Positions 22,266 to 33,721 of a stretch of DNA of 64,000 nucleotides are shown here, piece by piece. Position 1 is the stretch's first letter. Each line of letters opens with the position of its first letter. The notes under the pieces were generated by a model that worked only from the letters and a program-made list of their open reading frames with translations, was not told the DNA's origin and did no database searches. This DNA comes from Selaginella moellendorffii (lineage: Eukaryota > Plantae > Lycopodiophyta), in NCBI RefSeq assembly GCF_000143415.4, contig NW_003314280.1, positions 558,001 to 622,000 of the forward strand. The letters are read 5' to 3'. The position numbers and the translations under genes are program-made.

Positions 22266-23870
22266 TCACGCAACGATTTCGGGAGTGAGGTAGACCCTGT
22301 TGCCTTCAATCGTGAACCTGGAGCTCTTTGATAACTACAAAAATTTCTCGAGCTGAGCATCTAGATGCAAAAGAGGAAGAACGAAAATCACAAACCTTTC
22401 GCCGGAGTCTATCGATATCATTGAAAGAATCGGCACCAACAGCAGACGAGACATGCTTGTGGAGTTTCTTCAAGCTGACCTTCTGTTGTGGAGCCTGATC
22501 AAGGAGTAAAGAGTAAAGAATGAATCTGGAAATCTGGAGTAGCATACCTCCATCAAAAACTCCTGGCATATCTTTTTCCAGCTTGATCTCGTCTCACTAT
22601 CACTCCCGCTGCCACTTTCACGCTTTCTTTTCGTGTCTTTGGAAGCCTCTTGGAGCTCTTCTTCTTCTCCGGTATCTCCAAATGAAATTTTCTGGCCCTT
22701 CCAGTGAGCACCGCCAATTTTCTTTGCCCGATCCGCAATTCCTAAACCCCCTCTGCCCTTCGTAGCTTTGTCCTGCAAAATCCAAGATGTCATCAGATAC
22801 AAAAATTCCCACTATCTTATATACTTACATGAACGGACTTATACAACATCTCTTGGTCGTTTTCACTAAATGTCGTGTTTTTACTTGTACAATTGGAGCT
22901 TGCTCCAAGCGTTCCTGCTTTTACAAAACCGAGCTTGCTTCCCCACCACTCGGCTGGTGGATCGATCACTGTTATAAACACAATCAAAACCGGAACAAAT
23001 AAAAGCCAAGAATGGAACAAACCAGTGAGCTTCACTTCCTGTTTTGTGTGAACTTGCTTGACTGGAACGAACGTAATTACATGTTCCTTCTTTTCGGTTA
23101 CTTGTTCGCGTCCCTGGAAAATGTAACATACCATCAGCACTCACTTGTAGCGACTTGTAACATACCAAAATGGATTCAAGGTCTTGCTTTGAATAGTTGC
23201 GCACCATTTTCCCACGTTCGATCCTCTTGTACCTTTCACAAAAAGCAAGTTAGGTTTCGTATCTTTTTAGATGATCTCGTCTTACCGCCCTTGAGGCCGG
23301 CAGACTTTCTTGACTTCCACCTCTTCCTCTTTTTCTCTATCAGATTCATTGTTCTCGATTTCAGACTCGTCACTTTCTTCGCCGTCGGGTTGATCGCTTT
23401 GCCCTGCAAGAAACGAGCTGTAAACACAAGAAATATTTTTCCAGCTCTAGAAACTTACGATGCTGGGGCTTGTCAGTGACTTGCTGCATCACACAAAAAC
23501 ATCTGTTAGACGAATCAGCAAAACCAGCGACACATACCACTTTCAATTTCTTTAGAAGATTGTCAAAGTCAGTCGTGTTGAAAGTCCAATTGTGAGTTTC
23601 ATTCGCACCAACACCTACAGACGAGATCTTCTACCACACCGTCTAGGAAAAAAAATACCATACCTGCGGTATCATCCTTCTTCTTCACCACAAGGTGCTT
23701 CTTGATGCCCTGACTGTCCTTCCCCAGGCCAGATCCTTCTTCCCATCCCTGCGATCACATATTTGAGCTGCAAATCGGCAATTACAACCCTGGCAGCTCA
23801 CCATTTGCTTCATGAGGCGGAATGCCGCCGATTCCTTGCGCATACCCTGGAAGACGGCGCCTGGCGCCAT
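22266..23870 (-). CDS. GDP1: G-patch domain nucleolar protein (GDP1/GPATCH4-PINX1-like), multi-exon
   Basis: [77 protein letters not shown]-terminal WKKIC...SLKKL. Confidence 0.88.
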
Positions 23871-23980
23871 GGGACCCCGGCCTAGAACCCTAAAACCGCT
23901 ACAATGAATCCAACGGCCAGCATCGCTTTGAAACTTTTTTATTTTAGGGCGGGAGTGTCGATACTCCTGACAAACTGGCA

Positions 23981-25065
23981 ATGGCGAGCGAGGAATGCTG
24001 CTTGGCAGCGGCCGATCAAGACGCAAAGGTAGAGAATTTCCATTGAATCCCAAGGATTCAATCGCTTTCTTGGAGAACAGGTCTCAGAGCTAGCCAATCG
24101 GCTCACAGGTTTGTCCGATCGAGAATCGAAGTACTGCACAGACTCGTGCTTGCGGAAATTCTTGAGAGCTCGCAACTGGAGCGTCAGGAAAGCCGAGAAG
24201 ATGCTCAAGGAGGCCCTAAGCTGGAGAGCATCCTACAAGCCGGAAGAAATTCGCTGGGTAAGAAGAGTTCCTTCTTCTTTCTTTTGTTCTTCTCAGTGCA
24301 AAGAAATCTTCCAGGGAGATGTTGCTAGAGAGTCCGAGACTGGGAAGCTTTACAAAGCAAATTATCTGGACAAGCTCGGCAGACCAGTTCTTGTGATGCG
24401 TCCCGGTGCTCAAGTAAGCAGCATCTTCTTTCTTTTCTTTTCTTTTCTTTTATAATTCCAATAGCTTGTTTACTCCTGTTTTTCTTCTCTTTTTCTTATA
24501 ATTCAGAATACTTCAGCTCCAGCAGGCCAGATTAAGCAACTAGTCTATTTCATGGAGAATGTTATTGTTAATCTCCCTCCAAATGGACAGGACCAAATGG
24601 TTTGGCTTATTGATTTCAATGGCTGGTCTATTTTTAAGTCCCCATCTGTCAAGACAGCCAAAGATATAGCATACATCTTACAAACTTTTTATCCAGAGTG
24701 GCTTGGCCTGGCCATCCTTTATAATCCTCCTTACATATTTGAGACATTTTGGGTGGTATGTTTTGTTTTGTTTTGCTTCTTAATCTTATATTCTGTGTCC
24801 TATATAGGTAATCTGACCATTTTTGCATCCAAGCACTTGCAAGAAGGTTAAGTTCGTCTACAGCAGTAATTTGAAGCTGCTCCATGATATATTTGATATG
24901 TCTAAAGTCGAAACAGCATTTGGAGGTGGAAGCTCATCAAATGTCAACTGTCATGACTATGGCAAGGTTATGCAGCAGGATGATCTTCGTATAGACTCAT
25001 ATTGGGGTATTCAAAGGCCAGAAATTGAATCACCAGACAATAGTTCATTGTCAACAGAGGATTAG
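23981..25065 (+). CDS. Sec14/CRAL-TRIO lipid-transfer protein (RSC5/PDR16-like)
   Basis: CLRKFLRARNWSV, ESETGKLY, DKLGRPVLVMRPG, QMVWLIDF, YPEWLG...NPP, KKVKFVYS, AFGG. Confidence 0.92.
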
Positions 25066-25190
25066 TTTGGGATGTCAAGATTAAGAAGTTAATGAGTTGA
25101 AAACTTCTCAGCAGTTTCTTGAGAAATTTTATTTTCCCGAAAAAAAAACTTTTCCCCAGATTACCAGCATAGAGCTAAAATTCGAGATTA

Positions 25191-25234
25191 CGACCTTACT
25201 GAGGATGGAACCCAGAATCTATTGTTCCGTAGAT
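25191..25234 (-). pseudogene. Decayed partial tRNA-Arg(ACG) copy
   Basis: GAACCCAGAATCT...TTCCGTAGA matches 31422-31465 with mismatches; 5' half missing. Confidence 0.6.
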
Positions 25235-25573
25235 ACTAATCAATTCTTAAAAGGGTGAGAGATTATCTCCCAATATCGCAAACCTTAGCCACTACCTTTT
25301 GATGATTAAGAAAAAGGAAAAGAAATAAGGATTAGATAAAACTCTCGATACGTCCTACTAAAGAAACAGATAGCTGATTGCAAACGATAATCACAAAATC
25401 ACCAAAGGTTACTACTGTCGTGGCTTTCTAGACAAAAATCATCAAATCCAAAGGTGCCGCGTCCCCATAATTTACTCTGGTGTTGGCAAAACCCTGCTCC
25501 AACCCTGCTATTTTTCAGTAAATATCGTATAATGCCTAGACATAAAGATTTACTCGTCAACTAGTGTTTTAGC

Positions 25574-27365
25574 TCATCTCCGAAAGGCCGGCGGGCGAGG
25601 GGCGAACATCACCCGCGTCTCCTCATTCACATGCCACTTGAACCCCGGACAAGCACGAGTGAAGACGCTCGGCAGGGTGGAGAGAAAGCCCTCCTGCAAC
25701 GAGGTTACCAGGTTGTAGTCGTGGCACAGGTCACAGAGAATCCCCAGTCCCTGGCTCCTGCTCCACGCCTCGCACACATACATGCGTGGCCAGTCCATCC
25801 ACGCGAAGTGCCACTCGTCTTTGAGGTCCGTGATCACCATCCACGGCTTGAGGGTGTGGCATCTGATGTTCACTCCCAGCAACATCACGAGAGCCCTCCA
25901 GATGTCCACCTCGCTAATCTCTTCCTTGATATAGTAGCCCGTGATGATGTCCTTCGGTCACACTCATGTACAAGAGCATGGCGTCCAGTTTGAAGCGGAG
26001 TCCGGGGTTGTGGTCGATATCTCCTCCATGATTGTGCCCTCGTCGTTAGGTACATGCTCCAGTATAACAACATCGCCAACTTTGGCACCCTCCACCAGGT
26101 ACTCCATCGTGTCCCCTTGCCTCCTGCTATTCCACCCTGCGAAGGCTTGGCTCTCGATTTCCGCCCGCGGTTCTAGCCACCCTTCCCCTCTAATGACCTC
26201 GATCTTCGCCGCGGCAAGGACCAGCTGACAGCTTCCAAGTGCCATGAGACGAACCTCACATACCAGGCGATGAATGCTATCACGTATTCCAACAAAATCA
26301 TTTGGGTGGAATGTTAGCTCGTCTCCTGGAAAGATGGCATCGTCACGTTCCAGAGGACAGCCGTCCCTCACCAAGACGCCTCCGTTCCCCACCTTCGTCC
26401 AAAGCCTGTCTGTAATCTTAAGAGCCTGCTCCCCTGCGTCTGGAATGTCAAAGAGCTCCAGAAGTGACCCGTCTACGCTCCTCACCTGGCACTTGCCCAT
26501 CGGATGCGGCAGCACCGGATATGACTTCATAGTCTTGAGTAGAAAGACGCTAAACTGCAGGCAAGAGGAGCAGTCGGGTGAGCGGCCAACATGTAAACCA
26601 CGTACCGGATTCCCCTTTGATTCTCGTGTGCACCAAGCTCAGGCTCTACACGTTATGTAGACTAGTAGTCTTTTCCGTTCGGAGAAACAAGTCCAACTTA
26701 AGGACTTACCTCAGTAGCCAAACGACACACTACAGTCCACTCCAAAGACTCCATGTTCAGTAGCATGGTTTCTTTCGTAGCGCCTGTTATAGATATATCA
26801 GGTATAAACGGAGCAACAAGAAGCAAAACTTACCGCCAACAACATAGCACTGGTTTCCAGTGACTGCAGTTGCAAAACGTGCGGCAGGCACGAGGGCAGG
26901 ACCTTGATCTGGATACCTGGACCATTTTCTCTGCAAAACAATATCGCTAGACCATCAGAGCTGCATTTTACTCCGTGCATACCTTTATGAGATCTAGTGC
27001 GTATAGGTTCTTGCAGAAGCCAGACGAGCCAGCTCCGAAAAGGCACAGATGGTTGCCCTCATGCACCGCAGCATGGAAAGAAAGCGCTGGTGGGATGACG
27101 CCGTCCGCGAGTAAAACAGGAATTACGGATTGATATATTACCTTGCTTTAATCAGCTCCCACTTCTCAGATCGAGTGCATGTAGCTGACGGCGCAGCTGA
27201 CCACGAAAATCCACACCGCCATACACCCATATTTTGATCAAGGTGGCGGAGTGACCACGGAGTGTTACTAAGAACTTGAGACACTACTTAACTCACCAGC
27301 ACATCGTTCAAGTATCGGTCCCTGCAGCATCCTCCTCTTCTCCTCGATGGCAGCTGCGCCATGGT
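25574..27365 (-). pseudogene. Disrupted copy of the kelch-Crinkler-like fusion gene
   Basis: High identity to 28900-31160 but last exon frameshifted (two ORFs), deletions in kelch exons, first exon absent. Confidence 0.85.
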
Positions 27366-27414
27366 GCAAGGGATTCAAGGTTAAGAAAACCTCGAAGAAG
27401 GTGCTATGGCTAAA

Positions 27415-27487
27415 CGATCTCACTGGGGATCGAACCCAGAATCTCTGGTTTCGTAGACCAGCGCCTCGTCCTTTCGGCCATGAGATC
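27415..27487 (-). tRNA. tRNA-Arg (ACG)
   Basis: GATCTCA acceptor pairs TGAGATC; anticodon arm CTGGT-CTACGAA-ACCAG; T arm CTGGG-TTCGATC-CCCAG; 73 nt. Confidence 0.9.
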
Positions 27488-27689
27488 ATTACGTACGAAA
27501 CAAGAGGTATGAAGAAAACAGACAGAGGACAGTCACAAAACCACTCGGCTTTCAAACATCTTCAGCTTTGTTGAAGGAGTTTGAAGCCTCGCCATCTCAT
27601 GGGGAAAGAGTCTTTCACCGCCAATCTTTTCCAAATAGTCCTCAACTTGGCAAAACCTTCCAACGCAAAACATAAAGCTGCGCTGTCTT

Positions 27690-28745
27690 TGATCCAACAC
27701 AAGTTTCCAACACCGTGGGTAGCAAGAGATTTGTAGCAGTAATTCCTGTGTCCAGATCCAGATATCTTCCCTTGGAAAAATCCAGGGCGCGTCCGGCGCG
27801 TCCAGCAGGCTCTGACCATCAAAACCAGACTTATCAGGACCAAAAGATTTGCAAGTCTTTGCTGTTGCTACCTCCTACAACAATTGAACCAGCTGTGTGA
27901 TCCCCGGTATCCCTTGGAGGAAAACGAAGGTAAATCGCAGCGTCTCGTCTCACCATGGCCCCGTACTGTGTGACGCAGTCACTCCTAACATCTGCAAAGA
28001 CGTTTTCTAACTAAGAAAGCCATCGTGGAAAATGATCAGGTTAGCAACAGGGTTCGAAAAACTTTTTCTTTACAACCAGCATGAGGATCTGTGTTTTCAT
28101 CAGATATGAGAGATGTCCTTGCGCTTTGTAGCTGAGAAGTGCTTGCATAAGGCAGAATTATATTCTAAAACATTCTTAGAATATTCTATGAATGTTTTTA
28201 TAGAAAGAAATTCTAGAATATTCTATGAATGTTTTTCTGTTAAACTAGAAAGAATATTCTAGAATCGGAAAAAAGTTTTCTAACTGGCATATAAAGTCTT
28301 ACAACTTATTCCTGGGGTTGGCAAGATCCTTCCCTATGTTCAAGATTGTTTTAGATTTAGCTTTTTCATTATCCTTGTCTCAATCGATTGCACAAATAGA
28401 ATTGACGAGTTCAGTGATTCTTTGCAAATGGCCACTTTTCTCAAGTCTTCGGAATCCTACCAGGGACAGTAAAACAAGAGTTCCATCATCAAGGAGAAAA
28501 GAAATATGGCGAGCTTCTTTATTTGCCTGTGAGCCTGCAAATAAGAATTTCCATGAGAAGTTGTACATGATGATATGTTTTGTACCAGTCCGTTTTCCAA
28601 TAGTTTTCTCTGCATGGACTGAGTTCAGTAAGCATTAGGTCAGACAAGAATTTTCAAGAAAACGAAATTCTCTCCTTGCCGTAAGTTAGGTCATAGAGGA
28701 CTTTCCCCAAGCTTGTAGCGCAGCAAACAAGAGTTGCAGCCTGCA
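27690..28745 (-). pseudogene. SAL1/FRY1 pseudogene copy
   Basis: Homologous to 32000-33450 with deletions and an AT-rich ATTCTAGAAT-repeat insertion at about 28150-28265. Confidence 0.85.
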
Positions 28746-28848
28746 GGACGAAATAAGAGCCCGTGAGCCTCGAACTTGGATGTCCAATCCTTGCTCATAA
28801 AAATCTCAACGATCAAAGTTATTTACTCTGATCGTTGCAACTAATAAG

Positions 28849-31325
28849 CTAGTGTTGCTCAGGTCTATATCGCTTGAGTGCGCTGCCAGTTTTCGCACAC
28901 CTATGAAAGGCAGGCGGGCGAGGGGCGAACATCACCCGCGTTTCCTCATCCATATCCCACTTGAACGCCGGACAAGCGCGAGTGAAGACGCTAGGCAGGT
29001 TCGAGAGACAGCCCTTCGTCTCAGGCGAGGTTACCAGGTTGTAGTCGTGGCACAGGTCACAGAGAATCCCCAGTCCCTGGCTCCTGCTCCACGCCTTGCA
29101 CACGTACATGCGAGGCCAGTCCATCCACGCGAAGTGCCACTCGTCTTTGAGGTCCGTGATCACCATCCACGGCTTGAGGGTGCGGCATCTGATGTTCACT
29201 CCCAGCAACATCACGAGAGCCCTCCAGATGTCCACCCCGCTAATCTCTTCCTTGATATAGTAGCCCGTGATGATGTCCTCGGCCACACTCATGTGCATGA
29301 GCATCGCGTCCAGTTTGAAGCGGAGGGTGTAGGGGAACTCGTCCGGGGTTGTGGTCGATATCTCCTCCATGAATGTGCCCTCATCGTTAGCTACATGCTC
29401 CAGCCTGTAAAGACGAGGAACTTTGGCACCCTCCACCAGGTACTGCATCGTGTCCCCTTGCCTCCTGCTATTCCACCCTCCGAAAGCTTGGCTCTCGATT
29501 TCCTCCCGCGGTTCTAGCCACCCTTCCCCTCTAATGACCTCGATCTTCGCCGCGGCGAGGACCAGCTGACAGCTTCCAAGAGCCATGAGACGGATCTCAC
29601 ACACCTGGCGATGAATGCTACCACGTATTCCAACAAAATCATTTGGGTGGAATGTTAGCTCGTCTCCTGGAAAGATGGCATCGTCACGTTCCAGAGGACA
29701 GCCGTCCCTCACCAAGACGCCTCCGTTCCCCACCTTCGTCCAAAGCCTGTCTATAATCTTAAGAGCCTGCTCCCCTGCGTCTGGAATGTCAAAGAGCTCC
29801 AGAAGTGACCCGTCTACGCTCCTCACCTGGCACTTGCCCATCGGATGCGGCAGCACCGGATATGACTTCATAGTCTTGAGTAGAAAGACGCTAAACTGCA
29901 GGCAAGAAGCGCAGAGGATCAGTCGGGTGAGCGGCCAACACATAAATCACGTACCGGAATCCCCCCTGAGGCAATCAGAGCACCTCGACCTTTGATTCTC
30001 GCGTGCACCAAGCTCAGGCTCTACACGTTATGTAGACTAGTAGTGTTTTCCGTTCGGAGAAACAAGTGCACTTACCTCAGTAGCCAAACGAGGTTCGGCA
30101 CACACTACGGTCCACTTCAAAGACTCCATGTTCAATAGCATGGTTTCTTTCGTAGCGCCTGTTATAGATATATGAGATATAAACGGAGCAGCAGGAAGCA
30201 AAACTTACCACCAACAACATAGCACTGGTTTTCAGTGACTGCAGTTGCAAAAAGTGCGGCAGGCACGAGGGCAGGACCTTGATCTGGATACCTGGACCAT
30301 TCTCTCTGCAAACAATTTGGCCACACCATCTTACTCCGTGCATACCTTTACGAGATCCAGTGCGTATAGGTTCTTGCAGAAGCCAGACGAGCCAGCTCCG
30401 AAAACGTACAGATGGTTGCCCTCATGCACCACAGCATGGAAAGAAAGCGCCGGTGGGATGACGCCACTGCCATGGAGGCCGCGAGTAAAACAGGAATTAT
30501 GGATTGATATATTACCTTGCTTTAATCAGCTCCCACTGATTGCTTCCCAGATCGAGTGCATGTAGCTGACGGCGCAGCTGACCACGAAAATCCACACCGC
30601 CATACACCCATATTTTGTTCCCGATCAGGGTGGCGGAGTGACCACGAGTTGCATCCTATGGACACAAAGTCACGCGAAGTTTTAACGACAATCTAGAATG
30701 CTTGCTTACTGGAATGTCTCCCGTCGTTTCTATACGTGACCACTGATTTGTGTCAAATTGGTAGACTGTATACACGGATGAGCCAAAGCCATGGAAAGGA
30801 GGAAAACAAAAGTCACACAGTACCCCGCATCTTTTCATCAGACGGAATGCCAACAACGAGTAAGAGCGTTCTTCCTCTTGCTAACTGCAAAGCTCGTCGG
30901 CCGTGTTTAAGCAAAGCCCCGCCATAAACAACTTGAATAGCCTCAACTCACCACGCAATGGCCGGCACACGACACGGGACAAGGCTGGGCTGTCGACCAC
31001 CTCAAGCTTCCCAAATCCAAAACCTCCACGAGAGTGTTACTAAGAACTTGAGAAAAGATCCACGCTATACTCACAAGCACATCGTTCAAGTATCGGTCCC
31101 TGCAGCATCCTCCCACCACATACATCTTCTCCTCGATGGCAGCCGCGCCATGCTGCAAGGGATTCAGGTAAAGAAACCAAGAAAAATAGCATATACCTGG
31201 GATGTTGCACGGACATGTCGGCTAACATCTATCAACTGCCATTGAGGCGGCGCACCCTGATACAACCGCTTAAACAAGTACCCCACCGCACCCAGGCCCA
31301 TGATCACAAAAGGAGCTGCAGGCAT
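28849..31325 (-). CDS. Chimeric ACBP4/5-type kelch propeller + ubiquitin-like + Crinkler-type REase-like protein, about 649 aa, 11 exons (31325-31197, 31152-31075, 31023-30952, 30884-30824, 30765-30710, 30655-30516, 30466-30346, 30305-30209, 30158-30076, 30020-29955, 29895-28849)
   Basis: All junctions GT-AG and in frame; HGAAAIEEKMYVVGG, RGHSATLIGNKIWVYGG, ETMLLNMESLKW, ESLSLV resemble ACBP4 kelch; last exon has AFGGWN..QYL, FPYTLRFKLD and PWMVITDLKDEWHFAW. Confidence 0.8.
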
Positions 31326-31421
31326 AAAAAAAAACCCTAGAATTATGAGCTAACGTTCGGGTGAGCTAAGTTCACCAAAAACCTCACAGAAAAACTCTTT
31401 GATACCACAATCTAGCATTCA

Positions 31422-31494
31422 CGATCTCACTGGGGCTCGAACCCAGAATCTCTGGTTCCGTAGACCAGCGCCTTGTCCATTGGGCCATGAGATC
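31422..31494 (-). tRNA. tRNA-Arg (ACG)
   Basis: GATCTCATGGCCCAATGGACAAGGCGCTGGTCTACGGAACCAGAGATTCTGGGTTCGAGCCCCAGTGAGATCG forms a cloverleaf. Confidence 0.93.
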
Positions 31495-31591
31495 ATTACA
31501 TATGAAACATGTTTGTTCTTAAGAACCTTTTACAAGTTGGAATTATAAGAAAACTTCTTTAACTTCTTGTTTCCAGGAAAACAAATACAAC

Positions 31592-31873
31592 CTATACAGG
31601 ATAAAACAAAGAATCACAGAACCACCAAAGAAGTCTGTTATTACTATTGTTGTGGCCTTCTAGACAAGCATCTTCTTTTTCCTCGTCAACTCTCTTAGAG
31701 GAGTTTGACGCCCCACCGGGAGAATGTTTCTCCAGCTTCACATCGTCTTTCTCCGTTTCCCCGCCAATCTCTTCCAAATAGTCAGCTCGGTTTCGCTGTA
31801 TCCAAAGGCGCCGCCTCTCCATAATTTGCTCCGGTGTTGGCAAAACCTTCCAATTCTCTTGCTCCATACCCAC
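31592..31873 (-). CDS. Hypothetical small charged protein (93 aa)
   Basis: Open ORF with protein-like composition; decayed copies at about 25400-25500 and 27560-27665. Confidence 0.35.
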   Translation of the reverse strand: MGMEQENWKVLPTPEQIMERRRLWIQRNRADYLEEIGGETEKDDVKLEKHSPGGASNSSKRVDEEKEDACLEGHNNSNNRLLWWFCDSLFYPV

Positions 31874-31984
31874 AATATGACTCGCAGCTGTGGCAAGTTT
31901 ATATAACCATGGGAAAAGGTGTGGATTTAAGGAGCCTTTTCCAGTAATTAATCAAAACCCAAAACCCAAAACTCTTTTACCTCG

Positions 31985-33624
31985 TCACAAAAAACTCTTT
32001 GATCCAACGCAAGTTTCCACTGCAGTGAGTACTGCCGTGAGAAGCGAGGGATTTGTAGCAATAATTCCCGTGTCCAGATCCAGATATCTTCCCTTGGAAA
32101 AATCCAGGGCCCGTCCAGCAGCGTCCACAACCACACCACCAGCCTCTGACCATCAAAACCAAACTCATCAGAGTTTGCAAGTCTCTTGCTGCTGCTACCT
32201 TCTACGACGATTGAACCGGCTGCGTGATCCCAGATCTTCTCCCGGTATCCCTTGTGAGGGAAACGAAGGTAAATCGCTGCGTCTCCTCTCGCCATGGCCC
32301 CGTACTTCGCTTGGCTATCCATTCGGATCGGTGACGCTGTCACTCCCAGCATCTGCAAAGACGTTCTCTAAGAAGAAAACCATCGCGGAAAATATCACCT
32401 TAGCAATGCCAGACGTCAAGTCATGCTTTGAATGAGCCGATTCATACGATTCACAGAACGCTGCCAAGGCGGGGTCGCTGAGGTCGCTGACACGAACCTA
32501 CGTAAAAATCTCAAGAATGTGCCCTGTTTTTCGAGAGCTTGAATTTTTGAAGTACCTTCCGAGGCTGCACTGAACGATCGATCGCGTGAACTGTAGTTCC
32601 AGCTCCTCTCACAGCGGTGAACAAGCAACCGACTGGTGAGCTTCCATCGTCGGACAACCCGCTCAGCGGCAAGTTCGGACAGCCGAGAACACCAAGAACA
32701 ACGGATCCTCGGTCCAGCAATGCCAATGCGATTGCGTACTGCTCTCCACGAAGGAATCTGGGAATGTATAAAAGCTTTGAGCCAGACGAACTTGGAGACG
32801 TGTCACTACTCACCCCTTGGTTCCGTCAATAGGATCCAAAACCCAGTGTCGTCCTTGAACACCACCTTCGGCCTTGCCTCGATCGATTGCACAAAGAACG
32901 TCCTCCGAAGAAAGCACCGCATCCTTGGAAGGAATAGAATTAACGAGTTCTGTGATTCTTTGCAGCATGGCCTTTCCATCTTCTTTTCTCAAGTCTTCGG
33001 AATCCTATGGACCGTGTCAGTAAAACAAGAGTTTCACCGGAGAAAAGAAATATCGCGAGCTACAAACCTCTTCTGCTATCATGGAGAACGTTCCGGCGGG
33101 GAGTTGCCGCTCTAGAGCCCAGCTGACCACTGCCTGTGAGCCTGCAAATCAAAACTCCATGAGAAGTTCTACGTGGTGCCATGTTTTGTACCATAATCTG
33201 CTATAGTAACCGGAGAGTTGTCAGTTTTCGATTGCGTTTCGTTTTCCAATAGTTTTCTCTGCACGGACTGCCAAACACCAGGAAAAAAAAAACGATCGAT
33301 CAGTTCGCGTTTCATCCAGAAAGAATTCGATCACGTAGAAAAAAACGAGAAATCTCTCCAAAAGGAACAATGCCGATGCGCGAAACAAAGAGAGACTCTA
33401 AACAGGCTCATTTTTCTGGATCATACCTTAGTGAGGCCGCAAGCGAGCGTCACGGCCTCCATGGCGATCTTGAGCTCAAAATCATAGGCGCCAGTGCCAG
33501 TGGACGCCATTCGCGCGATCGCCGCGCCGCTCGCCGTCGCCCTTGCCCTAGACAAAGCCGAGCCGACGAAACCCTTGTATGGCAAACACTTCGCCACCAG
33601 TATCGAAATCCCGCCATAGCTCAT
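31985..33624 (-). CDS. SAL1: 3'(2'),5'-bisphosphate nucleotidase / PAP phosphatase SAL1 (FRY1) with transit peptide
   Basis: KSDNSPVTIADYG, HWVLDPIDGTKGFLRGEQYAIALAL, GVLGCPNLP, RMDSQAKYG, REKIWDHAAG, LDFSKGRYL. Confidence 0.95.
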
Positions 33625-33721
33625 GACTGAGTATATTCTCACTGCCCGTTTGTAACTCCACGTGGCTTTGCCCTATTCGTACTCCGTTTCCCCTAAGAAT
33701 TTTCTTGTGAAGGAGAGAGCG

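Noticed and set aside
28852-29517. 221-aa plus-strand ORF
   Set aside because: Antisense shadow of the GC-rich last exon of the kelch fusion gene
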